A stretch of 64,000 bases of DNA from a bacterium (lineage in GTDB: Bacteria > Electryoneota > Electryoneia > Electryoneales > Electryoneaceae). The first letter of the stretch is position 1; every line of letters starts with the position of its first letter. This document shows positions 1 to 10,218 of this stretch, piece by piece. The notes under the pieces are model-generated. The model was given only the letters and a program-made list of their open reading frames with translations. It searched no databases and was not told the origin of the DNA. Location: contig CAXXKJ010000002.1 of the NCBI GenBank assembly GCA_963675295.2, forward strand, positions 1,216,001 through 1,280,000, written 5' to 3'. The position numbers and the translations under genes were made by a program.

Positions 1-359
1 CAGTAGCCTGTCAGAACTCCTCATTTTTCTTGTTTTGCCCTTCCGTGCAGCACTCCGTTTTCGCCGTAAAATACTAAATATAACAATAGTAAGTTACTTC
101 TCATCACAAACTCGCGATATAGTGATAATAGTGTGTTTCAGCGTTTCGGCCACCTCAACAAGAAGTTCGGTCATTCAGGCGACCTCTGGCGCACTCCTCT
201 GATGCGGTTTCTCGCCAGTTGTCGATAGCCAGCGACTTCTCAGCGTATGCTGGTGATTTTTGGGAAACGCTTGCTGGAGCGCTCTCAGACGCTGGATGAG
301 CACAACATTTCGGCTGGCAATGCCTACATTCCAGCGACATCAACCAGGTGGATGCCCCC

Positions 360-1229
360 ATGATTCTCGGTCTCGCCGGAAACCGTCACAAGGAAATGCT
401 GCACGTCGTCCTGCCGGAATATTTGCGCTGGCTGGATGAACGTGGCGTGGACTGCGCGATTTCAGACGAGTTGCGCGAGATCGACAACCTCGGCCAGCGC
501 ACGTTTTACCCGCCGGAAGAGTTGGGCAAGCATGTGGACATCGTGCTCAGCTTTGGCGGGGACGGCACGTTGCTCAACACGGTCAACCGGTTGGGCGGAT
601 TGGAAACGCCGGTGCTTGGGGTGAATCTCGGCGGGTTGGGGTATCTCACCGAAGTCGGTTCGCAGGAACTGTTTCAGCGGACCGAACAGCTACTCGCGCG
701 CAAGTGGTCAATCGAACGGCGGATGATTCTTGAGGTGATGGTTGACAGCGGCGATCACGGCGGCCCATGGCGTGCGCTGAACGATGTCGTCGTTGACAAA
801 TCGGATTATGGCCGGCTGATCAAGATCCGCAGCAGCATTGATGAGGAGTATCTCAACACGTTCCGCGCGGACGGCCTGATCCTCGCCACGCCCACCGGTT
901 CCACCGGCTACAGCTTGTCGGCGGGCGGTCCATTGCTTGAGCCGAACATGGCCGGGCTGATCCTGACGCCGTTGAATCCGCATTCGTTGAGCAACCGGCC
1001 GCTGGTGATCAAGGACGACAAGACGGTTCGCATCGAGGCGCATTCGCCGGCGGGGTATTATTCGTTGACGGTTGACGGGCAGAATGTGGCGCGTGTCGGC
1101 AGCGGACGCAGCGTGTCGGTCCGGCGTGCGGACAACGACGCCTGCCTGGTCAACTTCGCGGGACGGTATTTTTACGAGGTCCTGCGGCAGAAGTTGGGCT
1201 GGGGCGACATCACGGTCAACGGGCGGTAG
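360..1229 (+). CDS. nadK: NAD(+) kinase
   Basis: GGDGT motif, LND, and DGLILATPTGSTGYSLSAGGP motifs; ATG at 360 preferred over GTG 348. Confidence 0.95.
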   Translation: MILGLAGNRHKEMLHVVLPEYLRWLDERGVDCAISDELREIDNLGQRTFYPPEELGKHVDIVLSFGGDGTLLNTVNRLGGLETPVLGVNLGGLGYLTEVGSQELFQRTEQLLARKWSIERRMILEVMVDSGDHGGPWRALNDVVVDKSDYGRLIKIRSSIDEEYLNTFRADGLILATPTGSTGYSLSAGGPLLEPNMAGLILTPLNPHSLSNRPLVIKDDKTVRIEAHSPAGYYSLTVDGQNVARVGSGRSVSVRRADNDACLVNFAGRYFYEVLRQKLGWGDITVNGR

Positions 1230-1244
1230 ACTCTCACCTTCCAG

Positions 1245-3242
1245 CTATCTCATCAGCACAACCTTGTAGACCTTATCGAACTGGCCCGGGACGGTCGCAC
1301 GGACGAAGTACAATCCGCTTGTCAGGTGGGTCGCGTCGAAGGTGAAGGTGTGTTCACCGGCAGGCAGTACGCCATCTGCGAGGGTTGCCACCTGCTGGCC
1401 GAGGGTGTTGTACACCACAACTTGTGCCCTACCTGCTGTCGGAAGTACGACTGCTACCGTCGTGATACCATTAAACGGATTAGGGTGAGCGCGGAGATCT
1501 GGTTCGACGATTCCGGTTGACGCTTCGTCGTAAGCTGTCGCCTGATCTGGACCATCCGTGGATGATAGCAGATCAGTCCCGTTCAAGCCGAAGAAGTCCC
1601 AAACGCCTTGGGGAACAGGCCAAACAAAATCATCAGCGGTTCCGGTCCCACCAGAAGCACTGGAATTCCCCGCCTGATCACTCTTGGTGAACGTAAACGA
1701 TCCCAGCCCCATGTCACGGTTACCGCTGGGGCCACCAGGTGGAACAGGTGAGGAATCTCCAATATGAATCTCGTAAGTGTACTCCCCCGGTGGTGCGGTG
1801 GCAGGAATGTCGAGCGGGACAGTGGGCCGGTAGAATGTTCCGCCAGGTTGCAGTGTCACCGTGATTTGCTGTAGCGGGAACCTGTTTCCGGCGGGCGTGG
1901 TGACAGTCGCCCAAACGTCCAGCGGGGTTGGATCGAGGAGGATGTTGCTGACAGCTGCAGCGAAATGAAGTGTCATTCCCTGGGGTGGAATGATCGTCAC
2001 CTCAGGTTCAAGCTGGATTTCTATCTCTGGCTCCCACTTCATCAACGCGAGGTCTTGCGAATCGTGTTCGCCCGGTAGATACGGATACCAGGATGCGACA
2101 ATCGAACCGTCACGGCCCTGATCGGTACAGGATATTTCACCTTCGGTCTGATCGTACAGCCAGTTGATCTCACCATCGGAGGATATCTTCATCAGCCAAA
2201 GATGATATCCGTTTTCAGAACTTTGACTCATTCCACCTGCGACGACATTTCCGTCGGCGAGAATTGTAATGTGATCGACTTTTTCAAAACTCAGGTAGCC
2301 AGCTTCAGGGTTGTTTACAAGATTTGACCAAATGATTGACCCGTCTGGATTTCGTTTCGAGACGTAAAAATCGTAATACGTCGAATCGTTCGGTGCTCGC
2401 ACTGCTCCTCCCGCATACAGGTATCCATCGTGGTCCTCACGGACGCAGAATGCTCTTGCTTCGAGGGGAAGATCCGGCAACGCTTCATCGTTCATCCAAA
2501 GGGTGCTACCTGTAGCGCTTACCTTGTAAAGCGTAAAAACCCGCGTCTGCGCATCTTGATTGAAATGTTCCGTTGGGATGACAAATCCGCCATCAGCTGT
2601 GGGTTCCACCCATTCTGGGGAATACAGTGGATTGGGATGCAGCCATTCCCAGAGGACATTGCCTGAGGCGTCAAACCGGACGATTTTCGAATGGCCGACA
2701 TACCCAACTGCGATGTATCCCCCTGCTGGGACTTCCCGCACGGCATAGAAGAGATCACCGATGGAACCACTGTCGAACACACGAGCCCATTCCTGTTCGC
2801 CATTGGCGTCAAGCTTGCGAATGAAGGCGTCGAACCCGACCCCCGTATGGTATGACCAGGTTTCACCACACTGGATGAATCCGCCATCGCTGGTTGGCTC
2901 GATATAGTGCCCCGCGTCGGTTGATGTTCCACCTTCGATGTTCAACCAGATTTCATAGCCTTCCTGATCCAGACGGGCGGTCCAGACCTGGTAAACAGTC
3001 GACATGTAGCGAGTAAAACCGGTGGCAATATATCCACCTGACGGAATTGCGCGGATGGCGTCCATGTACTCCCTGTTAGAACCATAATGCCACGTTCGAG
3101 TCCACAGGGGGTCGGGAGGTTGGGCGTAGGCGGAGGACGCGATCAGCAGGGGGAGGATGATCAGGAAGAGGACCATAGGGAAACGGGTCAAACGGTCGAA
3201 CGTCAGGAGACGGTGTGTACGGATCGGGAACTGGCGTGTCAT
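1245..3242 (-). CDS. Secreted beta-propeller-like protein with Ig-like domain and T9SS-like C-terminal sorting domain
   Basis: Signal peptide ending SSAYA-Q; repeated DGG(Y/F)I..G / W.R.F blades; C-terminal HPNPFN...VYNTLGQQV...SGLYFVR...KVVLMR; start at 3242 (GAGG upstream) is uncertain. Confidence 0.8.
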   Translation of the reverse strand: MTRQFPIRTHRLLTFDRLTRFPMVLFLIILPLLIASSAYAQPPDPLWTRTWHYGSNREYMDAIRAIPSGGYIATGFTRYMSTVYQVWTARLDQEGYEIWLNIEGGTSTDAGHYIEPTSDGGFIQCGETWSYHTGVGFDAFIRKLDANGEQEWARVFDSGSIGDLFYAVREVPAGGYIAVGYVGHSKIVRFDASGNVLWEWLHPNPLYSPEWVEPTADGGFVIPTEHFNQDAQTRVFTLYKVSATGSTLWMNDEALPDLPLEARAFCVREDHDGYLYAGGAVRAPNDSTYYDFYVSKRNPDGSIIWSNLVNNPEAGYLSFEKVDHITILADGNVVAGGMSQSSENGYHLWLMKISSDGEINWLYDQTEGEISCTDQGRDGSIVASWYPYLPGEHDSQDLALMKWEPEIEIQLEPEVTIIPPQGMTLHFAAAVSNILLDPTPLDVWATVTTPAGNRFPLQQITVTLQPGGTFYRPTVPLDIPATAPPGEYTYEIHIGDSSPVPPGGPSGNRDMGLGSFTFTKSDQAGNSSASGGTGTADDFVWPVPQGVWDFFGLNGTDLLSSTDGPDQATAYDEASTGIVEPDLRAHPNPFNGITTVAVVLPTAGRAQVVVYNTLGQQVATLADGVLPAGEHTFTFDATHLTSGLYFVRATVPGQFDKVYKVVLMR

Positions 3243-3297
3243 TGGGCGCCTCGATGGATTTGTGAGATATGGCAATATACGACGGGCGAGAGTGCGT

Positions 3298-3353
3298 TGG
3301 TGACCGTGATTGTCTGTCACGTCGGTTCGTGACGGCTATCGCGGCTCATCCGA
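3298..3353 (+). repeat. 56-nt dispersed hairpin repeat, copy 1 (others at 18975-19030 and 41347-41400)
   Basis: TGGTGACCGTGATTGTCTGTCACG..CGTGACGGCTATCGCGGCTCATCCGA recurs three times with a preserved stem. Confidence 0.75.
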
Positions 3354-3504
3354 GAGTCGATTAACGTTGATGCCCGCGGAAGGTTTCCTGCCGTGGATTG
3401 ATGGAGGGTAGAAATATTGGGGCAGACGAAGTTATCGAGTGAAAAAGTAACAGACAAATCGCATCGGTCCCTATTTTCATGTCCCCGTCTTCTCAGATAC
3501 CAAG

Positions 3505-4947
3505 TCAGCGGATCAGGATCAGTTTCCTTACCGACCGTTGCGTTCCATTTAGTTCGGCGCTGACGAAGTACACGCCGCTTGCGAGGCTGCTGGCGTCGAT
3601 GAAGTACTGATGCCGTCCGGCGTTCACGTGTCCATTGATCAGGCGCATGGTTTCCCGTCCGAGCAGGTCATAGACGATCACCTTGAGGTGCGCGCGTCCG
3701 GTGAGGTCGATGGTGACGGTCGAGCTGGCGTTGAACGGGTTCGGGTGTGTGCCGAGGGTCAGCGTTTGTGCCACTGGAATGGTGCGATGAGTGTCGCTGA
3801 CCGGCCGGATAGTGCCCCGGAAGAAATCCCACAGCTCAGCATCTCCGCCGGAGGTGGTGCCGGCGACGTGCAGCGTCTGACGGGGCTGATCCCAGGCGAG
3901 CGCGGTGATGGTGTCCCAGCCGTTGGAGCGGTTCCGCAGCTGGTGCAGCAACTCGCCATCGCGGGTTACGTGCAGCACGATCGCGTCATTGCGACTGAAG
4001 GTTTCGCCGCCGAGGAAGATGTCGCCGCGTTCGGTCACCGCGATGGCGTTGATGAACGACGGGTCAGCGTCCTCGATGATGGTCAATGGGCCCGGGTTGC
4101 CGAGCGTGTCGACGGTGACGACGAATGGACGCGGGTGTTCCAGCGACGAGTCGGCGGTGATGTAGGTGTAGCCGGTGACGACGAAGCCGGTGTCCAATGT
4201 TGCGGCGGCGGTGCCGATGGTCGCCAGTTCGGTGCTGATCGACTGGAAGTTGAGCTGCTGGCCCTGGTTGTCGACGAGGATCATCATCAGGTCGGCGCTG
4301 GACGGTTCGTCGACGTGCGTGTAGCCGGTCAGCAGCAGGTTGCCGTTCGGTGCCTGGGCGGCTCCGGTGCAGAGATCGTCCTCGGGGTTGCCGTACAGTT
4401 CGCCCCACAGTTGCTCACCGCTTTCCGAGAAACGGGAGACGAAGGCGTCCGCATAGCCGAACGGTTGCGGGCGGGAGTGCCCAACGACGAGATAGCCGTC
4501 CTCATCCTCGAAAATGCCGGTGCCGAGATCATCCCCGTTCAGACCGAACTCGACGGTCGACAGCAACGCACCGCTCGGAGCGAGGCGCATGATGAAGCCG
4601 CGCGTGTTGCCGTCCGCAGATGAGAAACTGGCGCCGGTGATGAGGAAGTCGCCGCTGCTGGTCTGGATCGCGGCGGTGGAATTGTCGCTGATGAAGTTGT
4701 TCAGGGAACTGGTCCACAGCGTCTCGCCGGACGGCGTGATCCGTTCGGCGTACACATTCGGCCAGCCGGCGACGATATCGGACGAGGTGTTGCCGATCAG
4801 GAGGAAACCGTTGTCCAGCGGTACGATGCCGGTGAACGTGTCGTACTGATCGCCACCGTACCGTTCGAGCTGATAGTCCAGCTCGGCGAACTGCGCAGTG
4901 GTGCAGACCGGGAGCAGGAAAAGCAGGATGTAGAGCAGGCGTTTCAT
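3505..4947 (-). CDS. Secreted beta-propeller-like protein with T9SS-like C-terminal sorting domain
   Basis: Signal peptide MKRLLYILLFLLPVCTTA; repeats such as YGG..D/GFLL.G.T; C-terminal HPNPFN...SGVYFV...RKLILIR. Confidence 0.85.
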   Translation of the reverse strand: MKRLLYILLFLLPVCTTAQFAELDYQLERYGGDQYDTFTGIVPLDNGFLLIGNTSSDIVAGWPNVYAERITPSGETLWTSSLNNFISDNSTAAIQTSSGDFLITGASFSSADGNTRGFIMRLAPSGALLSTVEFGLNGDDLGTGIFEDEDGYLVVGHSRPQPFGYADAFVSRFSESGEQLWGELYGNPEDDLCTGAAQAPNGNLLLTGYTHVDEPSSADLMMILVDNQGQQLNFQSISTELATIGTAAATLDTGFVVTGYTYITADSSLEHPRPFVVTVDTLGNPGPLTIIEDADPSFINAIAVTERGDIFLGGETFSRNDAIVLHVTRDGELLHQLRNRSNGWDTITALAWDQPRQTLHVAGTTSGGDAELWDFFRGTIRPVSDTHRTIPVAQTLTLGTHPNPFNASSTVTIDLTGRAHLKVIVYDLLGRETMRLINGHVNAGRHQYFIDASSLASGVYFVSAELNGTQRSVRKLILIR

Positions 4948-4962
4948 CGTTTCAGTCCATTC

Positions 4963-6342
4963 CTACGGTTCGACATTGACGTCGGGGATCCACGTCAACA
5001 GATCGTTGATCACGTCCTGGTAGGCCGGATCGTCGATCAGGTTGGTGTGTTCGCGCGGATCATTGATGTTGTCGTACAGCTCCATCTGCTGGTTATTGTA
5101 GTAGATCAGACGATATTGATCGTCCTTGATCGCGTGCACTTCGTAGCGCGGCGTGATGATCGCGGGCCGGTTTAACGGCAGGCTCGGATCTTCGAGCTGC
5201 GGACGGATGCTTTGCCCTTCGCAATCCTCGTGGACCGGCATGTCGCAGAGATCGTTGAGCGTCGGGTAGATGTCAAGCACCTCGGTGGCATGGTTGTTAA
5301 CCGCCCCGGACGGCGTGATCCACGGTACCCGCCAGATCAGCGGCACGTGCGAATCTTCCCGCCACGCGCAGTGCTTGCCCCAGTTGTATTTCTCGCCGAG
5401 GTGCAGCGCGTGGTCGCTGGTGAAGACGACGATCGTGTCGTCCGCATGGCCGCTGTCTTCCAGCTCGTTCATCAGCCGTCCGACCTGGTAGTCGACGGCG
5501 GCGATGGTCGCGAGGTAGGCCTGCACCGCTTTGCGCCACTGCTGATGCAATTTGACTTCCCGGAACCAGTACTGCTGCATCATGTAGTTCTGCGGATAGG
5601 GCGGGATATCGTCCAGCTCATCCTCGGGCACATCCGGCAGCTCAATCGAATCGAGCGGGTACTTTTCCGCGAACTCACGCGGGACATACCACGGGTCATG
5701 CGTGCCCTTGTAGCCAACGGCGAGGAAGAACGGTTCCGACGCACCGACATGCAGCTTTTCCGCCGCCCAGTTGGTGAATTTGTGGTCGCGGGTGACGCGC
5801 ACCGGCATATCCACCACACCCCAGTCGAGCCGGGGGAAATACGTCGGACGGATGCTGGCCTTGTTCGCCGGGAAGTTTGGCGGACGCACCTGCGAATCCA
5901 TCATCAACTCATCTTCCCACACCGCGAATTCCTTTGGGTGATGGAATTTTCCGGTGCGGTAAACGTGATAGCCGGCGTTCTGAAACGTCCACGGCATCAT
6001 GATGTTTTCGCTGACCCGGTCCCGCCAGATGCCGGCGTTGTCATAAATCCCGAGGCTGGACGGGCGCATTCCGCTGAACATGCTGGCGCGTGATGGCACG
6101 CAGATCGTGCAGTTGACGTGCGCGTTGCTGAACAGGACGCCGCTGTCCGCGAGAGCGTCGATGTTCGGTGACTCGCCCTGCGGATGGCCACCTAGACAGC
6201 TGATCCAGTCGTTGAGGTCATCGAAGACGATGAACAGCACGTTGGGAACATCAGGCTGGGGCTGTGCGATGATGGCAGGTGCGCCGATCGCCATGGCGGC
6301 CGCTGCCGCGCCGGTTCGCTGGATGAATTCGCGCCGGATCAT
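4963..6342 (-). CDS. Tat-exported sulfatase (iduronate-2-sulfatase-like)
   Basis: RREF Tat signal; PNVLFIVFDDL; formylglycine motif CVPSRASMFSG; GKFHH; SDH. Confidence 0.92.
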   Translation of the reverse strand: MIRREFIQRTGAAAAAMAIGAPAIIAQPQPDVPNVLFIVFDDLNDWISCLGGHPQGESPNIDALADSGVLFSNAHVNCTICVPSRASMFSGMRPSSLGIYDNAGIWRDRVSENIMMPWTFQNAGYHVYRTGKFHHPKEFAVWEDELMMDSQVRPPNFPANKASIRPTYFPRLDWGVVDMPVRVTRDHKFTNWAAEKLHVGASEPFFLAVGYKGTHDPWYVPREFAEKYPLDSIELPDVPEDELDDIPPYPQNYMMQQYWFREVKLHQQWRKAVQAYLATIAAVDYQVGRLMNELEDSGHADDTIVVFTSDHALHLGEKYNWGKHCAWREDSHVPLIWRVPWITPSGAVNNHATEVLDIYPTLNDLCDMPVHEDCEGQSIRPQLEDPSLPLNRPAIITPRYEVHAIKDDQYRLIYYNNQQMELYDNINDPREHTNLIDDPAYQDVINDLLTWIPDVNVEP

Positions 6343-6535
6343 ACGGGCATCTCATTGTTCGTGAACAGGGGGAATCTCGTGCCGGGTGCCGCATCACCCG
6401 GAAAAGCTAGCTGTACGGTGGGATAGATACAATTCCAAGTCGAAGATTTGTACGAAACCGAAAAACTCCGGAAAACTGCGCAACCCGGATATTTCACAAC
6501 AACTTATGAAGTGAGGATAGATCGCAAACGTGCGA

Positions 6536-6568
6536 AAACGCCCCGATCCTGTCCGAACCGGGGCGTCA
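6536..6568 (-). terminator. Probable intrinsic terminator after the MBL-fold gene
   Basis: Minus strand GACGCCCCGGTTC..GATCGGGGCG followed by TTTT. Confidence 0.55.
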
Positions 6569-6585
6569 GATGGCTGGTAAATGAG

Positions 6586-7818
6586 TCAGCGGATGCGTTC
6601 GAGCACCGTCTTCGCATTCTGGTACTCGGGGTCAACCTCGAGCGCCTTCTCGTAATACTCAATCGCTTTTGTGGTGTCGGCGACGAGCAGCAGCATCTCG
6701 CCGTAACTGTCGTACACATTGGCCGATTCCGGGAACATCTCGATGTTCAATTCCAGCACCGCCAACGCTTCGTCCAGACGGTCGCGGTAGCTGAGCTCGT
6801 AGCCGAGCTGGTTCAGGTGGGCTTCACGGAAATCGTAGTCGTCCGGCGCGGTTTCCTTCAGCTCATGGTACTGCGCGATCATCGCGTCAATGCCGTCCGC
6901 TTCCAGGGTGGACGTCAACGGCTCGGTGATCGGCTTCGGTCCCGAGGATTCCCTCACCGGGTGATGGTGGTTGTACACCTGCTGCGCCCAGAATTCGTGT
7001 TTGATGAACACGGACTGCATGTCATCCCAGTTCGCCAGCCGGCCGCTTTCCGCGATTTCCGTCGCGGTCAGCCCTTCATCGAATGCCGCATCAACAATGG
7101 CGACGTTTTCGCGCAGGCTGTGGACGTATGCACGAATTTCGGCGGCGGTATGGTCCTGCCCGTGTGCCAGCGAGAAGGTGACATCCGGAAACTCGTTGGC
7201 CAGCCAGTCCATCCGGGCGAATAGCTTGTCTAGGTCGCCAACCCGCGCGTCGGCGTACGGGTACTCATGCCCGATTACGCTGCTGCCGACGTACAGCACG
7301 TTTGAATCGACGAAATAGACTAGCATTTCATCGTCGGAATGAGCAGGCTTGAGCGGGATGAATTTGATCAGTTCGCCATTGATGCGCATGTTCACCGGCT
7401 TGATCATCTCCACCGTCGGGCCCTCGAAGATGCGGCGGTCGGCGAGGTTGAAGTAGCTGGAAGCAAAGCAGTTGTCGCGGCCGATGATGGTCGCGTCCTC
7501 GCTCAATAGATCCAACCCGCCGATGTGGTCGGTGTGGCTGTGGGACAGGGCGATGAATCGGATCGGTTTGTCGGTAATCTCACGGATCGCGTCCCGCAAT
7601 TCACTGGCGGTGAACTGAAATCCGGTGTCGACGAGGAACGCGCCGTCCTCACCGACAGACAGCAGAACATTGAAGTGATAGCTGCTCTCGACATGGATCT
7701 GATACAGGTGGTCGTTGAGCTGTCGCGTTTCGACAACGGGTTGCGCTTGCGTCAGGCAGGGGAGAACGTATACGAATCCGGCCAGCAGCAGGGGGATAAG
7801 GCGGGTTACGCCACGCAT
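6586..7818 (-). CDS. Secreted MBL-fold metallo-hydrolase with C-terminal TPR
   Basis: Signal peptide; LVDTG; HSHTDH (HxHxDH); C-terminal LNQLGY...N.E.FPESANVYDSYGE TPR; GGAGG before ATG 7818. Confidence 0.88.
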   Translation of the reverse strand: MRGVTRLIPLLLAGFVYVLPCLTQAQPVVETRQLNDHLYQIHVESSYHFNVLLSVGEDGAFLVDTGFQFTASELRDAIREITDKPIRFIALSHSHTDHIGGLDLLSEDATIIGRDNCFASSYFNLADRRIFEGPTVEMIKPVNMRINGELIKFIPLKPAHSDDEMLVYFVDSNVLYVGSSVIGHEYPYADARVGDLDKLFARMDWLANEFPDVTFSLAHGQDHTAAEIRAYVHSLRENVAIVDAAFDEGLTATEIAESGRLANWDDMQSVFIKHEFWAQQVYNHHHPVRESSGPKPITEPLTSTLEADGIDAMIAQYHELKETAPDDYDFREAHLNQLGYELSYRDRLDEALAVLELNIEMFPESANVYDSYGEMLLLVADTTKAIEYYEKALEVDPEYQNAKTVLERIR

Positions 7819-8042
7819 GGGGGGACCTCCCTGAGTTGTGGAAGATGCTGATGAACGGCACCTTGCAAGGTAAAGGTGATGGAGTTGCAGATGGACACCC
7901 GGTTTAGCACGAGACGCCTGAAAGCAAACAGAGGTTTCAGCCGGCTCGGGTGAAGGGTTTCCAATGGTGCGAATGCGGACCACCATGCGTACACTCCACC
8001 GCCCATTGGTTCGCATCCACGAACGGTTGTCCTGAGTCGTCA

Positions 8043-9233
8043 ATGTCCGTCCGAAATCCATTCTGGTGCAAGCTTTCGCTACTGCTCACATCCAGCCTGA
8101 CGATCATGGCTGGGGCGACGATTGCGGCATCTTTGCCCAGCATCCAGCGTGCGTTCACGGATACCCCTCATGTCGAGCTGCTGACCCGGTTGGCGATTAC
8201 CATGCCCGCATTGGCGATTGCGTTATTGTCCCCGGTGTCTGGCTGGTTTGTGGACCGTTTCGGACGAACCCGCTTCCTCTACATCGGTATGGTTCTGTAC
8301 GGTATCGCCGGCGTCGCGGGTGGGTTGGTAAACGACCTGTACCTGTTGCTGGCGTTCCGGCTGCTGCTCGGTGTTGCGGTGTCGATGAGCATGACCAGCG
8401 TGCTGACCTTGATCGGGGACTACTTCGAGGGAGCGGAGCGATCCAGCTTCCTCGGGCTGCAGGCGGCGTTCATGGGCTTCGGCGGGGTGCTGTTTATCAC
8501 GGCCGGCGGCTGGCTGGCGGACATCAGCTGGCGCGGACCGTTCTTCCTCTATGGAGCGGCGTTCCTCTTCCTGCCGCTGACGATGTGGGCGTTGCACGAA
8601 CCGACGCAGGCGGAACGTGAACACCGTCCCGCTCCAGGGCACCAGGCTGTTGCCGATGCTCCAGACAGCCTGAACAAACCATTGGCGATTTTCAACTACG
8701 CGGTGCTCGTGCTGATGTTCGTGGTGATGTATGCCATTCCGACACAGGTCCCGTTCATCGTCGAGAAAAAGTTCGCGGTCAGCAGCACGTGGGTCGGGCT
8801 GGTGGTCGCCGCGTTGCCGCTCAGCTCGGCGTTCAGCTCGCTGATGTACCCGAACGTGAAGCGCCGCAACAGCTACCTTGGCGTGTACGGTATTGTGTTC
8901 TTCTTCGCCGGGATCGGTTACCTCAGTTTCAGCTACGCACCCAGCCCCATATTCGCAATGATTTCGCTGCTGATTGTCGGGCTTGGTATGGGCATGCTGA
9001 TGCCGAACGGGTCGGTATGGCTGATGGACATCTCGCCGATGAACATGCGCGGGCGTGTGATGGGTGGCATGACGACATCCGTCTTCCTCGGCCAGTTCAT
9101 CAGTCCGTTTGTCACCCAGCCGGTGATCAGCGGTCTCGGCCCGGATCGGGCGTTCCAGGTTCTTGGCGCGGCGTTGATTGTCGCCGTCGGGCTGACGTTG
9201 CTCTCCACCGCATTGTTCCGCCGCTGGAGTTAG
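8043..9233 (+). CDS. MFS transporter
   Basis: About 12 hydrophobic segments; motif A GWFVDRFGRTR; RGRVMG in the second half. Confidence 0.9.
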   Translation: MSVRNPFWCKLSLLLTSSLTIMAGATIAASLPSIQRAFTDTPHVELLTRLAITMPALAIALLSPVSGWFVDRFGRTRFLYIGMVLYGIAGVAGGLVNDLYLLLAFRLLLGVAVSMSMTSVLTLIGDYFEGAERSSFLGLQAAFMGFGGVLFITAGGWLADISWRGPFFLYGAAFLFLPLTMWALHEPTQAEREHRPAPGHQAVADAPDSLNKPLAIFNYAVLVLMFVVMYAIPTQVPFIVEKKFAVSSTWVGLVVAALPLSSAFSSLMYPNVKRRNSYLGVYGIVFFFAGIGYLSFSYAPSPIFAMISLLIVGLGMGMLMPNGSVWLMDISPMNMRGRVMGGMTTSVFLGQFISPFVTQPVISGLGPDRAFQVLGAALIVAVGLTLLSTALFRRWS

Positions 9234-9283
9234 AGTTACCTGTCGGGGTATCACTCCGAAAGGAATGCAGGGAACTGAGGAAG

Positions 9284-9310
9284 ATCCCAGACATGAATGT
9301 CTGGGGCATG
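9284..9310 (-). repeat. REP-like palindrome (GCCCCAGACATTCATGTCTGGG family)
   Basis: Reverse-orientation copy of the element found at 17109, 34419, 38951 and 41221. Confidence 0.8.
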
Positions 9311-9362
9311 AGGAGCAACATGTGATTTGAATCCGGCACGATCGTGAAGCTTGAGGGAAACC

Positions 9363-10013
9363 ATGACGTTGCACATGGCGCATGAACTGCTGCTGCTCGC
9401 GTTAAAGGATGACAAGGGGACGTTGGCCGTGGATTCGGACCAGCTCCGGGTCGGGTTGGTCGGTGCATTGCTGGTGGAGTGGCTGCTCGAGGGCCGGCTG
9501 GCGGTTGAGGACAAGAAGGTGGTCGTGCGGAACGAGTCCATGCACCCCGATCCGGTGCAGGAGTCGATCCTGGCTGTCATCCGTGACCGTCAGAAGCCGC
9601 GATCATTGAAGGAGTGGGTGGAACACCTGTCAGAGAAGTTCCCCCGGTTGATCCGCGACCTGGAAAACGATCTCGTCGCCGCCGGAATTCTGCGCCATGA
9701 ATCCGGCAAGGTGCTGTGGGTGTTCCCGCAGCACACGTATCCAACCAGCGATCCGTCACCGGAACTGGCGATTCGCCGCCGGATCGACGACGTCGTGCTC
9801 GCCGGGTCATCGCCTGACGCACGAACGGCGGCGTTGATTTCCATCGCGCTGGCCTGTGACCTCCAGGGCGAACTGTTTGACAAGAGCGTCAAGCGGGAAG
9901 CGGTAAAGCGGGCCAGGGAAGTCGCGAAGTCGAGCGAAGGGTCGGTCGTTGGGCAGGTGATTGAAGAGATGAACGTAGCGCTGGCGATGATCATCGTGGT
10001 CGCGGCGAGCTAG
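9363..10013 (+). CDS. GPP34/GOLPH3-family phosphoprotein
   Basis: L.EELLLLAL.D..G, GA.LVE.LLEGR, LV..GIL, LWVFP..YP, D.RTAALI pattern typical of bacterial GPP34. Confidence 0.8.
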   Translation: MTLHMAHELLLLALKDDKGTLAVDSDQLRVGLVGALLVEWLLEGRLAVEDKKVVVRNESMHPDPVQESILAVIRDRQKPRSLKEWVEHLSEKFPRLIRDLENDLVAAGILRHESGKVLWVFPQHTYPTSDPSPELAIRRRIDDVVLAGSSPDARTAALISIALACDLQGELFDKSVKREAVKRAREVAKSSEGSVVGQVIEEMNVALAMIIVVAAS

Positions 10014-10218
10014 TGTTGGGTTTCAGCCGGTACCGGCAGACCACCCTGTATTCGCTGGACATCGTGCGTCGAAACCGGGCCTCGCGACTGGGCGGTTGAG
10101 CGTGCTCGCCGAAACATTGCCCCTTGCTCAGAGGACTCAAACTCGGCATTTTGCTTTTTCGCCCGGATTTCTCAGTTCCGGGTGCGATGGGTGATACTAT
10201 CCGACCGGGGACGTAGAG

